Assembly (NCBI GenBank): GCA_004022145.1
Contig: RCNU01000001.1
Origin: Paecilomyces variotii
Taxonomy: Eukaryota
Length of the DNA stretch: 64,000 nt
Direction: 5' to 3' (one strand)
The position numbers and the translations under genes are program-made. The notes beneath the pieces are model-generated. The model was given only the letters and a program-made list of their open reading frames with translations, was not told the origin of the DNA and did no database searches. Positions 61,224 to 64,000 of this stretch are shown one piece after another. How positions within the stretch are numbered: position 1 is the stretch's first letter; every line of letters begins with the position of its first letter.

Positions 61224-62461
61224 ATGGATGACAAAGCATACGCTCTCCCTCCAGGTTCTCGAGTTCTTGTGACTGGAGCAGATGGCTATATCGCTTCACA
61301 GATAATCAATCTATTGCTAAGTCGTGGGTATCATGTCCGTGGGCAAGTGCTTGAACATCGACAATGGCTTGACGAGCATTTCAAGGGGAAATATGGCAAT
61401 CTTTTCAAGTCTGTCATCTTGTCTGACTTGGATGATCGCGAGGGCATAGTCCCTTTGCTAGACGATGTAGCTGGCGTGATCTTGGTGGTATGGGAGTAAA
61501 GTTAGTACCGAAGTGGAAATGGTGCGGGACTGACTATTGTTAGGCAATGGATATGTCCTTTGGAGATGACCCGAGCATTGTCGAGAAAACAGTGAAAAGC
61601 ACTCTGACTTGGCTCGAGGTCGCTGCGGAATCGTCCTCAGTGAAACGCGTGGTATTGACGTCTTCTTCCTCTGCATGTGTGACGCCCGTGGCGAATTCAC
61701 CCGCTCGATTTGACAAAGGCATGTCCCAGAGATCAGGATACGACAATGTGCTAACAAGTACCAGATTCATTCAACCATGCAGCCGTCGCTGCTGTCCAGA
61801 ACAACACAGCTGAGATCCCAGGTATGATGTCCGCGTCGATATATGCCGCCTCAAAGACAGAGGCAGAAAGACAAGCCGTGAAATGGGTACAGGATCATGA
61901 ACCCTCTTTCGTTCTTAATATGGTTTTGCCTTATTGGTGTGTGAGTATTGCCAATTTGCTTTTAGCTATAACGCATTATTGACTTTATATAAGCTCGGAC
62001 CTCGCGTTCACCCCGAGGCCGGTAGTCCAATGGGAAGTATGGGCATGGCAAGTGCGCTCGTAAAGGGTTACGGGGACTTTATGTATAGGTTCCCACCCAG
62101 TGAGTGAATTTCCAACTCTCTCTCTCTCTCTCTTATACTGTTCTAACGGTATTCAGTGTGGTATGTGAGTGTCGAAGATGTAGCATACCTTCACATTGCC
62201 GCTCTTCTTCATCCAGACCTAAAGCTGGAACGCATTTTTGCTATGGCAGCACCGTTCAACTGGACTGATGTTGTGGAGATCATTCGCAAACTCCAACCGG
62301 ATAACGATAAGATTCCAGATCCACCAGCTGACGAAGGCCGCTGTCTGCACGAGTTCCTCGAGGCTGGCAAGGCAGAGAAGCTTTTACAGGAATTCTGTGG
62401 ACGGTCTGGTTGGACCTCGTTGGAGGATTGCCTTGTTGTTGGATTGCCAACATACGACTGA
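61224..62461 (+). CDS. Extended SDR / aldehyde reductase II-like NAD(P)-dependent reductase
   Basis: VLVTGADGYIA, KRVVLTSSS, YAASK, VSVEDVA. Introns 61488-61543, 61719-61764 (GC-AG), 61941-61993, 62100-62156. Confidence 0.88.
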
Positions 62462-62559
62462 TAGTATATTGAGAATGAGATGGATTTTTAAAGCTAAGTG
62501 GGAACTATTTGACGCGTTCCTGGTTTCTCAAGCGCAAATAGAACCTCCTACGTAGTACG

Positions 62560-62692
62560 GAGTAATATTTATTTCTATTTATTACTTAAAAGAGTGTAAA
62601 AAAATAACTAAAGTATCTATATATTAAATTGTATTTAAACTATTTAATTGTAGTTAAGTTATAAAGGTTTAATTTTACTAATTTTCTATAGG
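62560..62692. repeat. Short AT/TpA-rich block, probable RIP relic
   Basis: Abrupt block of about 130 bp almost devoid of C/G, similar in composition to 29-30.8 kb. Confidence 0.5.
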
Positions 62693-63021
62693 GAAAATGT
62701 GGTCGTCAGCTGACTAAACACGGTATTCTGCCATAGTTAGATGTAGTCTATGATGTCGCCTTCGACCCGCCATATCTACATAGTTTCGGGTAGATAGCTT
62801 TCTTCAAGAATCAACATGCATCACACAGTATTTTGACAGTCTTCTCACACCGCTACCAACCAGCCGTCACTATCAACCAGTCGTCCATCTGCCGCTGTCC
62901 GCTACATGTGTTACGTCTTTTACTGCTGCGACTCGATCTGATCCTGTCATTATTAAGTTATTCGTTCCAGTCAGTCAACGAGCAGATTGATCTATATTGC
63001 GAGGTCCATTTCATCACAGCC

Positions 63022-64000
63022 ATGTCCTCATCACAGGAAGGACGTGCCGTAGAGGCAACGGCTCGTATGACTTTAGATGAGATGCTCGCAAAATACCCAA
63101 AGCGTTCCGTTGAACAGGCCGTGATCCACAGGAACTACAAGGAGTATGGACTCTTATTCCCCCCTGTGAATGTCTAATCCACCTTTTGACGTCTAATAGA
63201 GGAAGAGAACAGACGATTCGCAAGTTTGAGGAACAGATCTGTCGAGGGATTCACGTCGAAACATGCATGGCGGGACTGAAGGGTTTCTTGGAGAATACGC
63301 CGCCAGCACCCCCGTATGAATCTGTCTCCGAAATCCGTGTCCGCCGCTAATAAACAGGATAGGTTCGATCCAGAAGAGCCCGAAGACTTGGATGAAGACG
63401 TCCAGTGGCGGCTTCGAGTCCTCAAATACATGGATCGCGTTGGAGAGGGTTCTGATGCGGGTTCTGATGAGAGAGACTTGAAAAATCGTAACGCCATAGT
63501 GAAAGCTTATCGTCAACAGAAGCTGAAGGTACAAGATGGTCAGATTACGGTGTGGTTTGCAGGCCACATGGTCATGGGTCCATTGTCACAGCGTGATTTT
63601 GACTTTCAAGATATCATCGACGATATATCCAAGTGGACAGAACAGTATGGGCCGGGTCGTATCTGGGTTGAGGACGTATGCCATCCTGATATTATAAGAT
63701 TTAAAGGTTCTGACATATTCAATAGGCTACTCTACCTCTCGCAAAAATGCAATCAGCGGCCATTGCGCCGTATGGGCAATGTTTACAACACGTGGTGTGT
63801 TGAATTATGTCCTTATTTTATTTATCTGATTCTCATCACATGTAGCATGAAATAAGGGCCCGCTTGATAGGAACAGTTCAATTTATAACTTTGCAGAATA
63901 TTCTAGATGATACAGGTTCGACATATCTTGAACTATTTCGTGGCGACGACTGTCAGCAGCTTGGTCTTACTCCAAATTATCAGTTCTCGAGGGGCCAGGC
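63022..64000 (+). CDS. Hypothetical multi-exon protein, probably running off the window
   Basis: ATG 63022. Plausible introns 63144-63199 and 63314-63362 join onto the FDPEEPEDLDEDVQW frame. No known domain; 3' structure uncertain. Confidence 0.5.

Overview
Intron-containing filamentous ascomycete (Eurotiales-like) genomic DNA. Positions 1-28.2 kb hold ordinary genes: Kog1/Raptor, a dehydrin-like DPR-repeat protein, a PA-TM-RING E3 ligase, an alpha/beta hydrolase, a His-box desaturase-like protein, an EI24/Rrt8-like membrane protein, a small Cys-rich secreted peptide, an LRR protein and a GPI protein. A heavily RIP-mutated pogo/Fot1 transposon with hairpin-containing TIRs (28945-30878) and a dispersed 5S rRNA gene (33496-33614) follow. 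Positions 34.5-62.5 kb are a complete sphingolipid-mimic biosynthetic cluster: P450, Zn2Cys6 TF, 3-ketosphinganine-reductase-like SDR, HxxxD acyltransferase, MFS, PhyH dioxygenase, HR-PKS (apparently dead C-MT, no release domain), PLP alpha-oxoamine synthase and an extended-SDR reductase. This gene set matches the sphingofungin (sph) cluster as I recall it, so the system type is known. The sph symbols are assigned by family and order from memory, not by a search. Less obvious signals are a CGG-N3-CCG motif in all five cluster promoter regions, a frameshifted gag-only retroelement relic and a decayed DD34E Tc1 transposase inside the cluster, and a GC-AG intron. Gene models were spliced by hand.
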